Assembly: GCA_977017575.1 (NCBI GenBank)
Contig: CDRNVI010000078.1
Location: 1 to 64,000 of the forward strand
Source of the DNA: Paramoeba atlantica
Taxonomy: Eukaryota; Protista; Discosea
Direction: 5' to 3'
Length of the DNA: 64,000 bases
The notes under the pieces were generated by a model, which did not search any database, was not told the origin of the DNA, and saw only the letters and a program-made list of their open reading frames with translations. Positions 62,227 through 64,000 of the stretch are shown in pieces. Within the stretch, counting starts at the first letter, position 1; every line of letters starts with the position of its first letter. The position numbers were made by a program, and so were the translations under genes.

Positions 62227-62973
62227 CTACTCGGTGCCCCAGTTGTACGGGTTCTGGTTGTCCTCGACGCCCCACTCCACGTTGGACTGCGGGGGCTGTC
62301 CTGCGGCGCTGTCGGCGGCGGGGGCCGCGGCGGCCTGCTCCTCCTTCTTCTTCATCACCTCATCTGGGTCGCGGTAGAAGAACAGGTCCGGGACCACCTC
62401 CCACGGGACGTACCGCGGCACCCGGCCTCGCATCCGCAGCACCTCCCGGGCCAGGAGCCACCACAGCAGCCCGATGCTGTGGGCACCGCGGTTGTTGCAG
62501 GGGATCGCGACGTCGAGCTTCCCCATCGGGCTGTCGGTGTCGCAGAGGGCGAGGACGGGGATGTTGCAGTACGTGGCCTCGGTGATGGCCTGGTGGTCCG
62601 TGCGGGGGTCCGTCACAATGAGCAGGCGCGGCTGGCGGAAGGTCTTCTGCGCGTGATTGGTGAGCATCCCGGGGGTGAAGCGACCGGCAACATAGGTGGC
62701 ACCGGTGTAGTGCGCAAACTTCAGCACGGCGCGTTGTCCAAGGAGGCGGGAGGAGACGACCATGACGTCTTTGGGATTCTCAATGGCTACCACGATGCGA
62801 GCTGCGAGAATCAACTTTTCCCAAGTTCCGTAAAGATTGATAATATTGATGCCGTCATCCTTTTTAGTGCCCGCAATGTACCGCTCAATACCGGAAGTTC
62901 GATTTTTGGTGCCGATGTGAACCTTGCAAGCTAGCATGCGCTGCACGTCCTCTGTGGTCAGGTCGAGAGCCAT
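62227..62973 (-). CDS. RPSA: 40S ribosomal protein SA (uS2)
   Basis: [49 protein letters not shown]. Confidence 0.98.
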   Translation of the reverse strand: MALDLTTEDVQRMLACKVHIGTKNRTSGIERYIAGTKKDDGINIINLYGTWEKLILAARIVVAIENPKDVMVVSSRLLGQRAVLKFAHYTGATYVAGRFTPGMLTNHAQKTFRQPRLLIVTDPRTDHQAITEATYCNIPVLALCDTDSPMGKLDVAIPCNNRGAHSIGLLWWLLAREVLRMRGRVPRYVPWEVVPDLFFYRDPDEVMKKKEEQAAAAPAADSAAGQPPQSNVEWGVEDNQNPYNWGTE

Positions 62974-63571
62974 GATATGCTAGAGAAACAGATGAATGGA
63001 TTATAAGGTGAAAATCTAAAAAAAAAATATTATTATAAGCAGAAAAAATAAAAAATGTGTAAACTCATGCAAGAGCATTTTAAACTTACACAAGTCAGGT
63101 ACAAATAGAGATACACTACCGGGAATTGTGCATCATAAATATTATAAGTGAGTATACAAGCACTAAGCAAAACAATATCTTCATTCCCCTCTTCTATCTG
63201 ATATTTGATACGTTCAATTCTATGCACATTCAAAATTCATATGAATACTGTATGACCGGTCATAACAAAATTAAATAATCCCACAAAACTCCTGTCCTCT
63301 CCAAGCTTGCGAACGGGTGACGCGGGGACCACCCCGCACAACTTTCACTGTCGCGAATTAACAAAGGAAACAAAGTCTTGAATTTATAATCACCATAGCA
63401 AACGTCATATTCGTCTGTATACACATGGGGTTACATCTGGGGGGTGTATATCAAATCAGTTGAATTCTTACAACAGGTACAATGCCCCTCGGCCATCACA
63501 CAATAGATAAACTGGCATAACGTAAATAATTTATTCGCCCAATTCTCTCCGTAAACTATGAAAGGGCGTAC

Positions 63572-64000
63572 TCCAGGAGGGGTGTCTAGGGGGGTGCCTA
63601 GGGGGTTGTCCAGGAGGGGGTTTCTAGGAGGGGGTGCCTAGGGGGGGATGTCTAGGAAGGGTGTCCAGGGGTGGTTGTCCAGGGGAGGGGTGTCTAGGGG
63701 GATTGCCCAGGAGAGGAGTGTCTAGGGGGTTTGTCCAGGGGAGTGTCTGGGGGGGTGTCGAGTGGGGGTGTCTAGGCGGTTTGTCTAGGGGGTGTGTCCA
63801 GGGGGGGGTGCATGGGAGGGATGTCTAGGGGGGGTGTCCAGGAGGGTTGTCCAGGGGGGTGTCCAAGGGGGTGTCCAAAGGGGTGTCCAAGGGGCTGTCC
63901 AGGGGTGGTTGTCCAGGGGAGGGGTGTCTAGGGGGATTGTCCAGGAGAGGTGTATCTAGGGGGTTTGTCCAGGGGAGTGTCTCGGGGGGTGTCTAGGCGG
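63572..64000. repeat. G-rich degenerate satellite (~11-13-bp GGGGTGTC(C/T)AG units) running off the window
   Basis: Dozens of GGGG-TGTCYAG units; higher-order duplication with a 234-bp period (63662 vs 63896). Confidence 0.92.

Noticed and set aside
59576-62934. Many long alternative-frame ORFs (also at 3565-4442 and 49374-50004)
   Set aside because: Expected from stop-codon scarcity in the GC-rich islands; the products are low-complexity.

Overview
Eukaryotic genomic DNA, most likely from a kinetoplastid and possibly a Perkinsela-like prokinetoplastid. This is an inference from the kinetoplastid-type HSP70, the intronless genes, all host genes lying on the minus strand like one polycistronic unit, and Perkinsela-style LRR genes. 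Host genes: HSP70 (partial), an RRM/SR-like protein, two LRR proteins, NAA50, two large paralogous TBC (Rab-GAP) proteins, FCF1, an ankyrin protein, KRI1, an Enhancer-of-polycomb-like protein, a probable mitoribosomal bL27, a CDK, RPSA and several hypothetical proteins. Between about 6 and 32 kb lies a dense DNA-transposon island (hAT-like, Tc1, pogo, Merlin, a TTA-flanked element, many MITEs). TIR/TSD pairs and reading frames restored on excision resolve it into a nest up to nine layers deep. Best leads: (1) a hAT-like transposon family with CATA termini, 6-bp TSDs, palindromic subterminal motifs and an apparent D-D-D catalytic triad; (2) two paralogous TBC Rab-GAPs with signal peptides and a macro-like C-terminal domain, candidate secreted effectors; (3) covarying three-way-junction structures and spliced-leader-like motifs inside the hAT-like elements; (4) GC-rich islands that cut across gene boundaries and each flip from C-rich to G-rich. 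All analysis was done by eye; no database searches were run.
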